NCBI GenBank assembly: GCA_001790525.1
Contig: MGCU01000023.1
Location: 5,659 to 69,658 of the forward strand
Reading direction: 5' to 3'
Length of the DNA stretch: 64,000 nucleotides
Origin: Candidatus Saccharibacteria bacterium RIFCSPHIGHO2_12_FULL_47_16b
GTDB lineage: Bacteria > Patescibacteriota > Saccharimonadia > Saccharimonadales > UBA10212
Shown: positions 54,640-64,000 of the stretch, one piece after another
How positions within the stretch are numbered: the first letter of the stretch is position 1
How the letters are laid out: each line of letters starts with the position of its first letter
Notes under the pieces: generated by a model
Databases searched by the model: none
Told to the model about the DNA's origin: nothing
The model's input: the letters and a program-made list of their open reading frames with translations, nothing else
Position numbers and translations under genes: made by a program

Positions 54640-55638
54640 TTACGAAATTTCGTCCGGCTTTCTACCAGGCGTGCTATAATCACCGACCGGATGGATTATT
54701 GCGTATGGACCTAAGTCGAAATCTCCAAGCGAATTACTCATTGAGTCTCCAGGACCAAGGTCATAATGATCGACTACTCCTCTGTTGCGCGCGTAATTTA
54801 CACACCCAGTTAGATTAGTTGGTTTGGTCGTTTGCAGGACTAAGTTATTGATTATCGTCTTAGCGCGTCGCATGGGCCTAGCCGTCCTTGTCGCAATAAT
54901 TTCTAAAGTGCTATCTTTGACGCCACCTTCCCTTAGGATTTCGTCCATCATGTAAGCCAATTTTTCTTCAGTAGCTTTTACAAATTTACCGTGAGGCGGA
55001 AACGGCAAGTTATCCAACGCAATCACCCTTCTGACACCAGGAATATCCTCAAGCGCTGCCTTTAATGCAACTTTTTCCTCATTGACATATGTCACCATAG
55101 TTTTAAAAGGTGTGTGTTCACCTCCTAGATGCGAATTCTCAAATTCTTTTACAGTTTTTTTAATAGTGTGTTTCAATCTTTTTGGAGGTGCACTCCGATC
55201 GTGTATGACAACAAAACCCCCGCCCTTTCCGCCAGCTTCTTCTACCTGTGAGCGACCTCTTTCATACGCAGTTATAGCCGCATCACGAAGTGAAATCGCT
55301 CCACCGATAGCAGCCGCCGTGAACTCCCCGGAACTAACGCCTATAAGGTAATCAGTAAAAATCCCACATTCATTGAGTGCTTTGGCGCGGGCGTATCCAA
55401 CTCCGACATTGACCGCTTGGATCACCGCAGGGTCGGTAACGGCTATTTCGCTTCGGCAAACATCAATCACATCTACGCCCGTAGCTATTCCAATTTCTTC
55501 ATAGATTCTGTGTGTTTCCGAGCCCTCTGATAAAAGATCTTGGCCGTCTTTAAAGCTTTTTATGCCTTGGCCTGGAGCATAAAAGGCTATTCTGCGCTTA
55601 ACGGGCGGAGAAGTGAACTCCGCCACTCTACTTGACAT
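54640..55638 (-). CDS. FabD-like acyltransferase-domain protein (malonyl-CoA:ACP transacylase superfamily, GHSxG with His replaced by Val)
   Basis: N-terminal oxyanion-hole motif FYAPGQG and nucleophile elbow GVSSGE (GxSxG), then ...AAAIGG, as in FabD. Confidence 0.55.
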   Translation of the reverse strand: MSSRVAEFTSPPVKRRIAFYAPGQGIKSFKDGQDLLSEGSETHRIYEEIGIATGVDVIDVCRSEIAVTDPAVIQAVNVGVGYARAKALNECGIFTDYLIGVSSGEFTAAAIGGAISLRDAAITAYERGRSQVEEAGGKGGGFVVIHDRSAPPKRLKHTIKKTVKEFENSHLGGEHTPFKTMVTYVNEEKVALKAALEDIPGVRRVIALDNLPFPPHGKFVKATEEKLAYMMDEILREGGVKDSTLEIIATRTARPMRRAKTIINNLVLQTTKPTNLTGCVNYARNRGVVDHYDLGPGDSMSNSLGDFDLGPYAIIHPVGDYSTPGRKPDEIS

Positions 55639-55653
55639 ACTTTTATTATAGCA

Positions 55654-56424
55654 TTATTTGCCAGATTTGGCAAAATCGGCTGCCACATTTCTGACTGGAT
55701 CAGTTAGTGAGGGCAAAATCAAGCTACACTTACGAAAGCTTGCGATTTTCTGAGCCCGCTGGTGGTGAGGGGTTAAGGGGTCTACAACTATTAGATTGGT
55801 TTCTTCTGGCTGAGTTTGATTTAAATTAACGTAGCCTACCGCTAATACAACGTGCTCTGGTAAGTCCATGCTTAATACGCTGCCTCTTGATAACTCTGTC
55901 AGAGCAACTCTAGCCAAATCTTCCCCGGCGAATTGAACATCGTAATAAGAAAAGTCAGCATCAGGAACGATTTCTTCAAAGTGTTCGCTAATCGCCAAAT
56001 TGCCAATTTTTACAACTTGATTTGATAGGATCAGTAGTTCAGCGTCGTTAAAGTATGACCTCAGCTCATCAGTCAAACTAGCATTAACGCGCTCGGCCGT
56101 TACCTGACTTATCTGCCCTTGCCAAAGCATGGCATTAAGTTGATTTGTGTTAACGCAGCTATGTATATCATTATTCTTGCTGTGTTGAGCTAATGGTGTT
56201 ATTTCGGCTGCCGGCTCTATATAATGCGTGACCGATAGATCAGTCATGCCTAATTCGTGTGAGCGGTATAGGAATAAAAGATAAGCCGCCCTTGATCTTT
56301 CCTCTTCCCAAATTTGACCGAGGGTCCTTGTAACAAGTGTCTCAGGACCAATCGTAATAGCTGGCTTGGGACCTACAATAATTGGCGCCTTTCGTCCAGC
56401 GGGCCTAAAACGAGGGTCTTCCAT
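55654..56424 (-). CDS. hypothetical protein with Cys...His...Asp pattern (possible NAT/BtrH/transglutaminase-like acyltransferase fold); C-terminal 13 aa copied from EF-G
   Basis: HSCVNTNQLNAML, HVVLAVGYVN and NLIVVDP spacing resembles arylamine N-acetyltransferase triads. C-terminus ...VRNVAADFAKSGK versus EF-G ...[15 protein letters not shown]. Confidence 0.45.
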   Translation of the reverse strand: MEDPRFRPAGRKAPIIVGPKPAITIGPETLVTRTLGQIWEEERSRAAYLLFLYRSHELGMTDLSVTHYIEPAAEITPLAQHSKNNDIHSCVNTNQLNAMLWQGQISQVTAERVNASLTDELRSYFNDAELLILSNQVVKIGNLAISEHFEEIVPDADFSYYDVQFAGEDLARVALTELSRGSVLSMDLPEHVVLAVGYVNLNQTQPEETNLIVVDPLTPHHQRAQKIASFRKCSLILPSLTDPVRNVAADFAKSGK

Positions 56425-56439
56425 AAGAGATACTATAAA

Positions 56440-58527
56440 CTATTTGCCGGATTTGGCAATTAGGCCGGCTGCCACATTGGCCGGCACATCGGCATAGTGG
56501 TCCAGTTCCATCGATGACGAAGCCCTGCCCTGAGTCATGCTCCTAAGATTGGTGACATAGCCGAACATCTCGCCCAGCGGCGCAAAAGCCGTGATCTCTT
56601 TGATTCCAGGTGATAGATCTACCATCGATTCAATACGACCACGTTTAGAGTTAAGATCGCCAATCACATCACCCATAAACCCCTCAGGCGTGACAACCAC
56701 GATTTTCATAATTGGTTCCAGCAAAACCGGTGAGGCTTTTTTGACAGCATCCTGGAGGGCGGCCGAGCCGGCGATTTTAAAGGCTACTTCGCTCGAATCA
56801 ACGTCGTGATAGGAGCCATCATATAGCTCAACTTTAACGTCAACTACCGGATAACCGGCGATCACGCCATTAGCCATAGCTTCCTCGATACCAGATTTTA
56901 TGGCCGGAATAAACTCGCTCGGGATGGAGCCGCCTTTAATGCTGTTAATGAACTCAAAGCCCTTGCCAGCTTCATTTTGGAAAAGCCGTAGCCAACAGTG
57001 GCCGTACTGACCACGACCACCGGTTTGACGAATGTATTTACCTTCGGCCTCAACGCCGTCTTTACGAATGGTTTCGCGGTAAGCAACCTGCGGCTCACCG
57101 ACATTAGCATCAACTGTAAACTCGCGTTTCATTCGATCGGCGATTATTTCAAGGTGCAGCTCGCCCATTCCAGAAATGATTGTCTGACCGGTTTCATGGT
57201 CGATTTTCATCCTAAAAGTTGGATCTTCTTCAGCCAGCCGTTGCAAGGCTTGGCTCATTTTTTCCTGATCGGCCTTAGTTTTAGGTTCAATGGCAATACT
57301 GACTGGTGGATCGGGAAAAGTGATACTTTCTAAAACAATCGGGTGCGTTGGATCACAAAGCGTATTGCCGGTTGTAGTACCCTTAAGACCAACTATAGCG
57401 GCAATGTCGCCGGCTTCAATTTCGCTAACATCTTCGCGCTTGTTAGCGTGTAACCTAACAATTCGGCCAATTCTCTCTTTTTCTCCTGTGGAACTGTTGA
57501 GGATGTAGCTACCGGCTTCTACCTTTCCGGAATAGGCTCTAAAGAAGGCCAGTTTGCCAACAAAGGGGTCGGTGGCAATCTTGAAGGCTAAAGCTGCAAA
57601 TGGTTCGGAGGCGTCCGGCTTACGCTCAATTTTATCGCCGTTTTTAGGGTTTACTCCCCAAGTCGAGCCACGGTCCAACGGGCTAGGTAGAAAATCAGTT
57701 ACAGCGTCGAGTAATTTCTCAACGATGACGCCCCGGCCATCCCCGCCAGAAACGGCAAAAAACTTACCGGTCAACACCGCCGTGCGGATAGCCTTACGAA
57801 TTTCATCTTCCGAGAGTCCCTCTTCGCCAACCTCCAAATACTTTTCAAGCATTTGCTCATCTTCAGCCACAGCATTCTCAACCAAAAGCGAACGGTATTT
57901 TTTGACTTGATCGGTCATATCGGCTGGTATCTCGCCTTCTATCAAGTTCTTGTCATGGTACTCCTTATAGATGTAAGCCTTCATGGTAATCAGATCGACC
58001 ACGCCATTGACATTTTGTTCAAAGCCAATTGGTAGATGAATCGGAAAGGCTCGTTTGGAAAGTCGGTGATGGATACTGTCCAAGCTTTTATAAAAATCGC
58101 CGCCGGTCTGGTTGATTTTGTTAATAAAACAAAGCCGCGGCACGTTATATCTATCGGCCTGGCGCCAAACGGTCTCGGACTGTGATTCGACGCCCATCTT
58201 GCCATCAAAGACAACCACCGCGCCGTCTAATACTCGTAAGCTGCGCTCGACCTCAACCGTAAAGTCAATGTGGCCGGGCGTATCAATGATGTTAATTTTT
58301 TTATCTTTCCAAAAACAAGTCACGGCGGCAGCTGTAATGGTAATACCGCGCTCTTTTTCTTGGGCCATCCAGTCAGTTGTGGTATCCCCGGTATGGACTT
58401 CACCGATTTTATGCTTTAAGCCGGTTCGATAAAGGATAGCCTCGGTGGTGGTCGTCTTGCCCGCATCAATGTGAGCAATAATGCCGATGTTCCGTAGATT
58501 CTCTAATGGGTATTTTTTATCTACCAT
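56440..58527 (-). CDS. fusA: elongation factor G
   Basis: G1 [21 protein letters not shown]. 695 aa, five-domain EF-G. Confidence 0.95.
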   Translation of the reverse strand: MVDKKYPLENLRNIGIIAHIDAGKTTTTEAILYRTGLKHKIGEVHTGDTTTDWMAQEKERGITITAAAVTCFWKDKKINIIDTPGHIDFTVEVERSLRVLDGAVVVFDGKMGVESQSETVWRQADRYNVPRLCFINKINQTGGDFYKSLDSIHHRLSKRAFPIHLPIGFEQNVNGVVDLITMKAYIYKEYHDKNLIEGEIPADMTDQVKKYRSLLVENAVAEDEQMLEKYLEVGEEGLSEDEIRKAIRTAVLTGKFFAVSGGDGRGVIVEKLLDAVTDFLPSPLDRGSTWGVNPKNGDKIERKPDASEPFAALAFKIATDPFVGKLAFFRAYSGKVEAGSYILNSSTGEKERIGRIVRLHANKREDVSEIEAGDIAAIVGLKGTTTGNTLCDPTHPIVLESITFPDPPVSIAIEPKTKADQEKMSQALQRLAEEDPTFRMKIDHETGQTIISGMGELHLEIIADRMKREFTVDANVGEPQVAYRETIRKDGVEAEGKYIRQTGGRGQYGHCWLRLFQNEAGKGFEFINSIKGGSIPSEFIPAIKSGIEEAMANGVIAGYPVVDVKVELYDGSYHDVDSSEVAFKIAGSAALQDAVKKASPVLLEPIMKIVVVTPEGFMGDVIGDLNSKRGRIESMVDLSPGIKEITAFAPLGEMFGYVTNLRSMTQGRASSSMELDHYADVPANVAAGLIAKSGK

Positions 58528-58532
58528 ACTAG

Positions 58533-58985
58533 TTATATCTCTATAGTTCTATCGATTATTTTACGGCTCATCCTTGAAGCTGCTTTTTGCACTGCTTCGT
58601 CATGTCGCGTCTTACGCTCCTCAATCTCAGCAACAGGTTGTTTTGATAAATTTTTTCTCTCTAATAACATTTGTACGGCAAGGCATTTTTTTGGTCTTTC
58701 GCCGATAGCCGGCATAAGGCAACCTTGCATGGCTTCAGCAACTTCTTCTGGAGTTGCATCTTTAGAAGATAATCCTAGATCTATTCGAGATATAAGTCTT
58801 CGCGAGCTCAGAGCGACTATCGCCAATCGTTCTGTGTTTGATGAGAAACCTTGAGCTATACTCTGCCACGAACCGGATTGCTTCATATACTTATCGATTT
58901 CATAGCCTAGCGGAGAATTTCCCAGTCTCCTTCTGAAGACACATCGGGCACAAGGCTCCACCATAATTCTTTCGGCGCCTATCAT
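58533..58985 (-). CDS. hypothetical protein (150 aa) between rpsG and fusA
   Basis: Fills an unusually long (559 nt) rpsG-fusA spacer. N-terminal CxRCV and later C residues. No assignable family. Confidence 0.35.
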   Translation of the reverse strand: MIGAERIMVEPCARCVFRRRLGNSPLGYEIDKYMKQSGSWQSIAQGFSSNTERLAIVALSSRRLISRIDLGLSSKDATPEEVAEAMQGCLMPAIGERPKKCLAVQMLLERKNLSKQPVAEIEERKTRHDEAVQKAASRMSRKIIDRTIEI

Positions 58986-59086
58986 AATTTAAGACCTCGC
59001 AAAGTGGGCCCCTCGACTACGCTCGGGGTTCATTTTACTTTTATTATTTCGTAACTCTTGACTCATTACTCTTTACTCCAGGGCGT

Positions 59087-59566
59087 TTATGATCTTGCAA
59101 AATGAGCAAATGCCCTATTGGCTTCGGCCATTTTATGAACATCTTCTTTTTTCTTAACGGCTGCGCCGGTGCCGTTGTAAGCATCGACCAGTTCGGCAGT
59201 AATTCGTTTTTCCATGGGCATGCCTTTACGATCGCGGGCGGCGGCCACAAACCACATTATTGTTAGGTGTTGCTGACGCTGGCCTTTAACTTCAACCGGA
59301 ATTTGGTAATTAGCGCCGCCGATCCGCCGAGCCCTAGTCTCAAGATGAGGTTGGATATTGGCAAAACCTTTTTCCAGTACCTCCAGCGGGTTATCAACTT
59401 TTAATTTATCTGCAGCCTGTTGCATGCCGCCGTAGACTAGTCGTTCGGCCAGTTGCTTTTTGCCGTTTAACATCACTCGATTAATTAGTTTACTTACCAG
59501 TTTGCTGTTATATAGACGATCTGGCTCAACATCGCGCACCAAAGATTTTGTAGTCTTACGCGGCAC
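59087..59566 (-). CDS. rpsG: 30S ribosomal protein S7
   Basis: S7 family (MPRKTTKSLVRDVEPD...). Confidence 0.9.
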   Translation of the reverse strand: MPRKTTKSLVRDVEPDRLYNSKLVSKLINRVMLNGKKQLAERLVYGGMQQAADKLKVDNPLEVLEKGFANIQPHLETRARRIGGANYQIPVEVKGQRQQHLTIMWFVAAARDRKGMPMEKRITAELVDAYNGTGAAVKKKEDVHKMAEANRAFAHFARS

Positions 59567-59665
59567 GGTGACCTCCGGTCAGAGTAACTAGAAAATAGGA
59601 ACTAGGAAATAGTAAAGCTAATTCCTGATTGCTAATTACTAATTTCTTAAAAATGCGTAGCATTT
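59567..59665 (-). repeat. Family-3 imperfect long hairpin spacer between rpsL and rpsG
   Basis: AACTAGAAAATAGGAACTAGGAAATAG / CTAATTCCTGATTGCTAATTACTAATTTC. Third copy of this family. Confidence 0.55.
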
Positions 59666-60076
59666 TTATTTACCCTTCTTGACGCCGTACTTACTGCGGC
59701 CTTTTTTACGATCCTGAACACCTTGCAGATCCAGATGGCCGCGGACAATGTGATAACGCACGCCGGGCAAGTCCTTAACTCGACCACCTCGAACTAATAC
59801 CACGGCGTGCTCCTGTAAATTATGCCCTTCACCGCCAATATAAGCCCAAACTTCATGGCCGTTAGTTAAACGCACACGGGCGACCTTACGCAGCGCCGAG
59901 TTTGGTTTTTTAGGAGTCTTGGTGGTAACCCGAATACAAACGCCGCGTTTAAACGGCGACGGTTTTTCATAACTTTTGGTTTTAAGGTTGTTAACCACGC
60001 GCTGCAGCGCCGGCGATTTGGTTTTGGCTTTGGCCGATTTACGAGGCTTCTTAACAAGTTGATTAATGGTTGGCAT
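59666..60076 (-). CDS. rpsL: 30S ribosomal protein S12
   Basis: Start refined to the ATG at 60074-76 ([10 protein letters not shown]...). The track ORF begins at an upstream [11 protein letters not shown] motif present. Confidence 0.9.
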   Translation of the reverse strand: MPTINQLVKKPRKSAKAKTKSPALQRVVNNLKTKSYEKPSPFKRGVCIRVTTKTPKKPNSALRKVARVRLTNGHEVWAYIGGEGHNLQEHAVVLVRGGRVKDLPGVRYHIVRGHLDLQGVQDRKKGRSKYGVKKGK

Positions 60077-60187
60077 CAGACGCTCCCTTCGGTCGCTCAA
60101 ACAACAAAAAGCAAAAATCAAAAATCAAACTTTGGAATTTGAAATTTGAATTTTTTTTGAAGTTTGAAGTTTGGAGTTTGGAGTTTA
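60077..60187 (-). repeat. AT-rich repeat spacer between rpoC and rpsL (AAATCAAAAATCAAA / TTTGGAATTTGAAATTTGAA / GAAGTTTGAAGTTTGGAGTTTGGAGTTT)
   Basis: Tandem 8-9-nt repeats. The conserved leader GAGCGACCGAAGGGAGCGTCTG abuts the rpsL ATG. Confidence 0.55.
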
Positions 60188-63100
60188 TCACTGTTTCTCC
60201 TCTGTTTCAACTGGCTCCTCATCTGTTCTAGCACCTGTGCCGACTGGTATCAGCCGGCCTAAAATAACGTTTTCTTTCAAACCATAAAGCTTATCAACTT
60301 TACCGCTAGTAGCCGCGGCAATTAACACCCTGGTTGTATCCTGGAACGAGGCCGCACTTAAGAAGGAATCAGTGCTAAGCGAGGCTTTGGTTATACCGAG
60401 TAACAGCTGATTGTATTGAGCCGGTTTTTTCTTTTCTTTAACCAGCCTCTCATTAGCCTCAACCACTGCTAGTTTACTGACAATATCACCGGTAATAAAT
60501 TCGGAATCACCGGAATCTTCAATCTGCACCCGGCTGAACATTTGCCGAATGATAACTTCCAGGTGTTTATCGGCAATCGTCTGACCTTGGCTGGCAAAGA
60601 TGTAAAGCACTTCGTTCATGATGTAACGTTGGGTTTCCTCAATACCAGATAGGCGCATCAGGTCATGCAGGTTAATAGAACCATTGGTTAAGCGTTGTCC
60701 AGCTTCAACAATATCGCCGTCTTTGACAACTATCTGCCTAAAGCTTGGGATTTCGTATCGGACTACGCTTTTGGCGGTTGGCGTAATGGCAATAATCTTT
60801 TTACCTAGTTTAACTTTGCCGACTGTCGTCGCCAGTAGCGGCTCACTGCCGTCTTCGACGGCGGCGATAACATCTCCGATATTGACTTCATCGCCATCGG
60901 CAACTTTAGCAATTCTTTCACCAAGCGTTACTTCTACCGGCTTGCGCTTTTTAGCGGTAATTTGGACTATGTACTGCTCGTCTTCTTCCCAGGTGTTAAC
61001 CGTGCCGGTGATATCAGCCAAATAGGCTTGACCTTTTGGTGTGCGAACTTCCAGAATTTCCTCAACGCGGGTTAGGCCTTGGGTAACGTCATCGCCAGCC
61101 GTAACGGCGCCGGCCCGGTGCTTGGAATCGAGTGACAGCTGGGTGCCTGGCTCGCCAATACTTTGAGCAGCGATTACGCCAATTGGATAATCGCTAGCAA
61201 CCAGCCGGCCGGTAGCCAAATCAAGCCCATAGGATTTGCGGCTGACGCCGCGGACTGACTCGCAAGATAAAACGCTCATAATTCGGACTGTTTCAATCGA
61301 ACTATCTTCACCGATAGCCCGGGCCGCTTCCGGCGTAATCATCTCACCGGCTTTAACATAGCGTTTAACATTTTCGGCTGCGTAGCGGCCAGCCAAGCGG
61401 TTGCCAAAATTGACATTAATATTTTCGGAATCACTGCGGTAAATTGGAAAGCCACCATCTTCGGCTTCGGGTTCGACAGTGAAGACATCTTGGGCTACAT
61501 CAACCAAACGTCTGGTTAGGTAGCCGGAGTCGGCTGTTCTTAGAGCAATGTCAATCAAAGACTTACGTGTGCCTCGGGTAGCCGTAAAGTACTCTAGCGG
61601 CGTCAAGCCATACTTATAGTTGGAACGTACCGGCAGCTCAATCGCCCGACCAGTCGCATCAGCAAACATACCGAGCATTCCGACTGATTTTTTCATCTGC
61701 GAAATGTTGCCACGCGCGCCGCTAGCTACGGCAATCGACATAGTGTTATCCTCGGTTGCAAATTGCTCGGCCAGAGCTTGCTCGACTTTTGTATCAACGT
61801 CAGTCCAGGTATCAACCGTTAAGCGATAGCGCTCGTCATCAGTGATAAAGCCTTCAGCATACTGGCGGGAAATTTCGGTAGCCTTGGCTTCGCCCTGACT
61901 GACAATTGATTGCAAGTCTTTAAGGTCGCTAAAGTCATCCATGCCAATAGACAGTCCCGAATAAGTCGCAAAGTAAAAGCCTAGGTCTTTCAAGTCGTCA
62001 GCTATCAAGGCTGTCTGATCTTGACCATATTTCTCGTAAACTGCCGACATGACTTTTTCCAGTTTTTTATTGGTCATAGCTTCGTTTTGAAAAGCAAAGT
62101 CTTCTGGAAAGATTTCGTTAAAGATTAAACGCCCGACTGTGGTATCTCTTAGTTGGCCTCGATATGGCACCTCAACCCGACTTTGCAGATTAAGCTTACG
62201 CTCGTCAAGAGCTTTTAAGACTTCCTCGTAGCTGCTGTAGACAATCGCCTTCTGGGCCTGTCCGCCATGTCGCTCGTAGGTTAGGTAGTAACAACCAAGC
62301 ACGATGTCTTGCTCAACATGCAAGATAGGCGAGCCATCGGCCGGCTTAAGCAAGTTGCGATTAGAAGCCATGATCTCGTGAGCTTCTTTTTGCGAAGCTT
62401 CGCCAAGTGGCAAGTGAACCGCCATTTGATCGCCATCAAAATCGGCGTTAAAGCCTTTGCAAACCAAGGGGTGTAGTTGAATGGCCTTACCTTCAATTAA
62501 AACCGGCTGAAAGGCTTGGATACTCAAGCGGTGTAAGCTTGGCGCCCGGTTAAGTAGAACGTACTTATCTTTAATGACTTCATCCAGCGCATCCCAGACG
62601 GCTGACTCGCTAGTTTCAATCATCCGAGTAGCACTGCGAATATTATGGGCCAGCTCTTTATCAATTAGATGGCCAATCACAAACGGTTTAAACAGCTCCA
62701 AGGCCATGGTCTTAGGCAGACCACACTGATACATCTTAAGTTCTGGTCCAGAGACGATCACACTTCGACCAGAATAATCTACGCGCTTGCCAAGCAGGTT
62801 TTGGCGAAAACGACCCTGTTTGCCGCGCAACATATCGCTTAAAGATTTTAGGCGGCGGCGCTGGCCAGTGGCCGCCACGGCTCGACCGCTTCGGGCATTA
62901 CTGTTGTCGATCAAAGCATCGACCGCTTCTTGCAGCATACGCATTTCATTACGTCGGATAACCTCCGGCGCTTTGAGTTCGATCAATTTTTTTAACCGGT
63001 TATTACGGTTAATCACCCGCCGATACAGATCGTTAAGGTCGGAAGTGGCAAACCGGCCACCGGTCAATTGCACCATCGGCCGCAGATCCGGCGGGATAAC

Positions 63101-63997
63101 CGGCAACACCGACAGACACATGCTGGACGGTTTAATACCAGCCCGCTGCATACTCTCGAGTAGGCGCAAGCGCTTCATAATTTTTTTCTTGCGCTGGCCG
63201 CGGGCGTCTTCGGCTTCTTTAGATAAATCGTCGATTAATTTAGCAATGTCAATTTCATCAAGCAGCTGTTTTAAAGCCTCGCCGCCCATGCCGACTTTAA
63301 TCAGCGACTGCAGCTCGTTTGGCAGGGCCCGATAGTCAGTTTCGGTCAGCAGGTTCAGTTTTTCCAACATATTAATTTGAGTCCGCCAGGCCTCGGCTTG
63401 GCTGGTTAGTTCTTCTAGCTCCTTATTGTAAGTGGCAGCTAGCTCCTTAATATCGGCGTCTTTTTTGGCAGCTGCTTTGTCATGTCGAGACTTGATAGCC
63501 GCTTCGGCAGCTTTGAATTCGGCTTCTTTATCGTCAACCAGCTTTTGCTTCTTGTCGGCCTCGATATCAGTGATGATGTAACTGGCAAAATAAGCGATTT
63601 TTTCCAAACTCTTGACGGTCAGGCCAAGCAGCAAGCCAATGGCGCTCGGCGTGCCGCGCAAAAACCAAATGTGGGCTACCGGCGAGGCCAGGCTGATATG
63701 GCCCATCCGCTCCCGGCGGACGATGCTGCGAGTAACAATTTCGCCTCTCTTATCAACTGCCATATCCCGACTGCGGATGCCTTTATATTTAGCATCGTGC
63801 GGATTGATGTCTTTAACCGGTCCAAAGATTCGCTCATCAAACAAGCCGTCGCGTTCCGGCTTTTGCGTTCGGTAGTTAATGGTCTCCGGCTTGGTTATTT
63901 CGCCGTAGCTCCATTCCAATATGTCATCAGCGCTAGCGATGGCTAAGCGAACAGCATCAAAATCGGCAATGTTAGTTCCAGGAGCGTAATAACGCAC
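60188..63997 (-). CDS. rpoC: DNA-directed RNA polymerase subunit beta'
   Basis: 1269 aa with the NADFDGDQM catalytic motif plus trigger-loop and bridge-helix regions. rpoB is expected just beyond the window end. Confidence 0.95.
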   Translation of the reverse strand: MRYYAPGTNIADFDAVRLAIASADDILEWSYGEITKPETINYRTQKPERDGLFDERIFGPVKDINPHDAKYKGIRSRDMAVDKRGEIVTRSIVRRERMGHISLASPVAHIWFLRGTPSAIGLLLGLTVKSLEKIAYFASYIITDIEADKKQKLVDDKEAEFKAAEAAIKSRHDKAAAKKDADIKELAATYNKELEELTSQAEAWRTQINMLEKLNLLTETDYRALPNELQSLIKVGMGGEALKQLLDEIDIAKLIDDLSKEAEDARGQRKKKIMKRLRLLESMQRAGIKPSSMCLSVLPVIPPDLRPMVQLTGGRFATSDLNDLYRRVINRNNRLKKLIELKAPEVIRRNEMRMLQEAVDALIDNSNARSGRAVAATGQRRRLKSLSDMLRGKQGRFRQNLLGKRVDYSGRSVIVSGPELKMYQCGLPKTMALELFKPFVIGHLIDKELAHNIRSATRMIETSESAVWDALDEVIKDKYVLLNRAPSLHRLSIQAFQPVLIEGKAIQLHPLVCKGFNADFDGDQMAVHLPLGEASQKEAHEIMASNRNLLKPADGSPILHVEQDIVLGCYYLTYERHGGQAQKAIVYSSYEEVLKALDERKLNLQSRVEVPYRGQLRDTTVGRLIFNEIFPEDFAFQNEAMTNKKLEKVMSAVYEKYGQDQTALIADDLKDLGFYFATYSGLSIGMDDFSDLKDLQSIVSQGEAKATEISRQYAEGFITDDERYRLTVDTWTDVDTKVEQALAEQFATEDNTMSIAVASGARGNISQMKKSVGMLGMFADATGRAIELPVRSNYKYGLTPLEYFTATRGTRKSLIDIALRTADSGYLTRRLVDVAQDVFTVEPEAEDGGFPIYRSDSENINVNFGNRLAGRYAAENVKRYVKAGEMITPEAARAIGEDSSIETVRIMSVLSCESVRGVSRKSYGLDLATGRLVASDYPIGVIAAQSIGEPGTQLSLDSKHRAGAVTAGDDVTQGLTRVEEILEVRTPKGQAYLADITGTVNTWEEDEQYIVQITAKKRKPVEVTLGERIAKVADGDEVNIGDVIAAVEDGSEPLLATTVGKVKLGKKIIAITPTAKSVVRYEIPSFRQIVVKDGDIVEAGQRLTNGSINLHDLMRLSGIEETQRYIMNEVLYIFASQGQTIADKHLEVIIRQMFSRVQIEDSGDSEFITGDIVSKLAVVEANERLVKEKKKPAQYNQLLLGITKASLSTDSFLSAASFQDTTRVLIAAATSGKVDKLYGLKENVILGRLIPVGTGARTDEEPVETEEKQ

Positions 63998-64000
63998 TAG

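Overview
This 64-kb window looks like a small, roughly 43-45% GC bacterial genome with Candidate Phyla Radiation (Patescibacteria)-like features; that assignment is inference.

Genes and RNAs: it carries an almost complete ribosomal-protein/transcription supercluster on the minus strand, in the order rpoC, rpsL, rpsG, fusA, tuf, rpsJ ... rplO, secY, infA, rpmJ, rpsM, rpsK, rpsD, rpoA, rplQ, rplM, rpsI. L30, adk and map are absent, and several r-proteins carry long lysine/alanine/glutamate-rich tails. A second r-protein/translation-factor block (tRNA-Thr, rpmG, tRNA-Trp, secE, nusG, rplK, rplA, rplJ, rplL) is also present. Housekeeping genes outside these blocks include pyrE/F/D, prs, pgl and gnd, cysS, trpS, dnaX-ybaB-recR, dnaB, holB and tmk. 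Five tRNAs are present: Gln, Trp, Thr-GGU, Tyr and Thr-UGU.

Most interesting features:
- A two-gene acyl-transfer cassette sits between fusA and tuf. One gene is FabD-like; the other has a NAT/BtrH-like Cys-His-Asp pattern. The cassette junction duplicates about 55 nt of the fusA 3' end, stop codon and downstream spacer.
- An array of small genes lies beside tRNA-Tyr. Each gene is preceded by a roughly 60-nt element with terminal inverted repeats (attC/MITE-like). A 3'-terminal fragment of tRNA-Tyr is duplicated nearby.
- Modular AT-rich repeat families fill the unusually long spacers between ribosomal-protein genes. They include stop-codon-embedded palindromes, hairpins that would sequester the Shine-Dalgarno sequence, and a nested roughly 70-nt hairpin mini-element present in three copies.
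- There are further non-ribosomal insertions between rplC and rpsJ, rpsJ and tuf, rpsG and fusA, rplJ and rplA, and tRNA-Trp and secE.
- A GC-rich, highly structured 200-nt island lies upstream of tmk.

CDS coordinates follow the supplied ORF track. Starts were refined only where the protein alignment was clear (rplN, rpsL, rpsJ, rpmJ).
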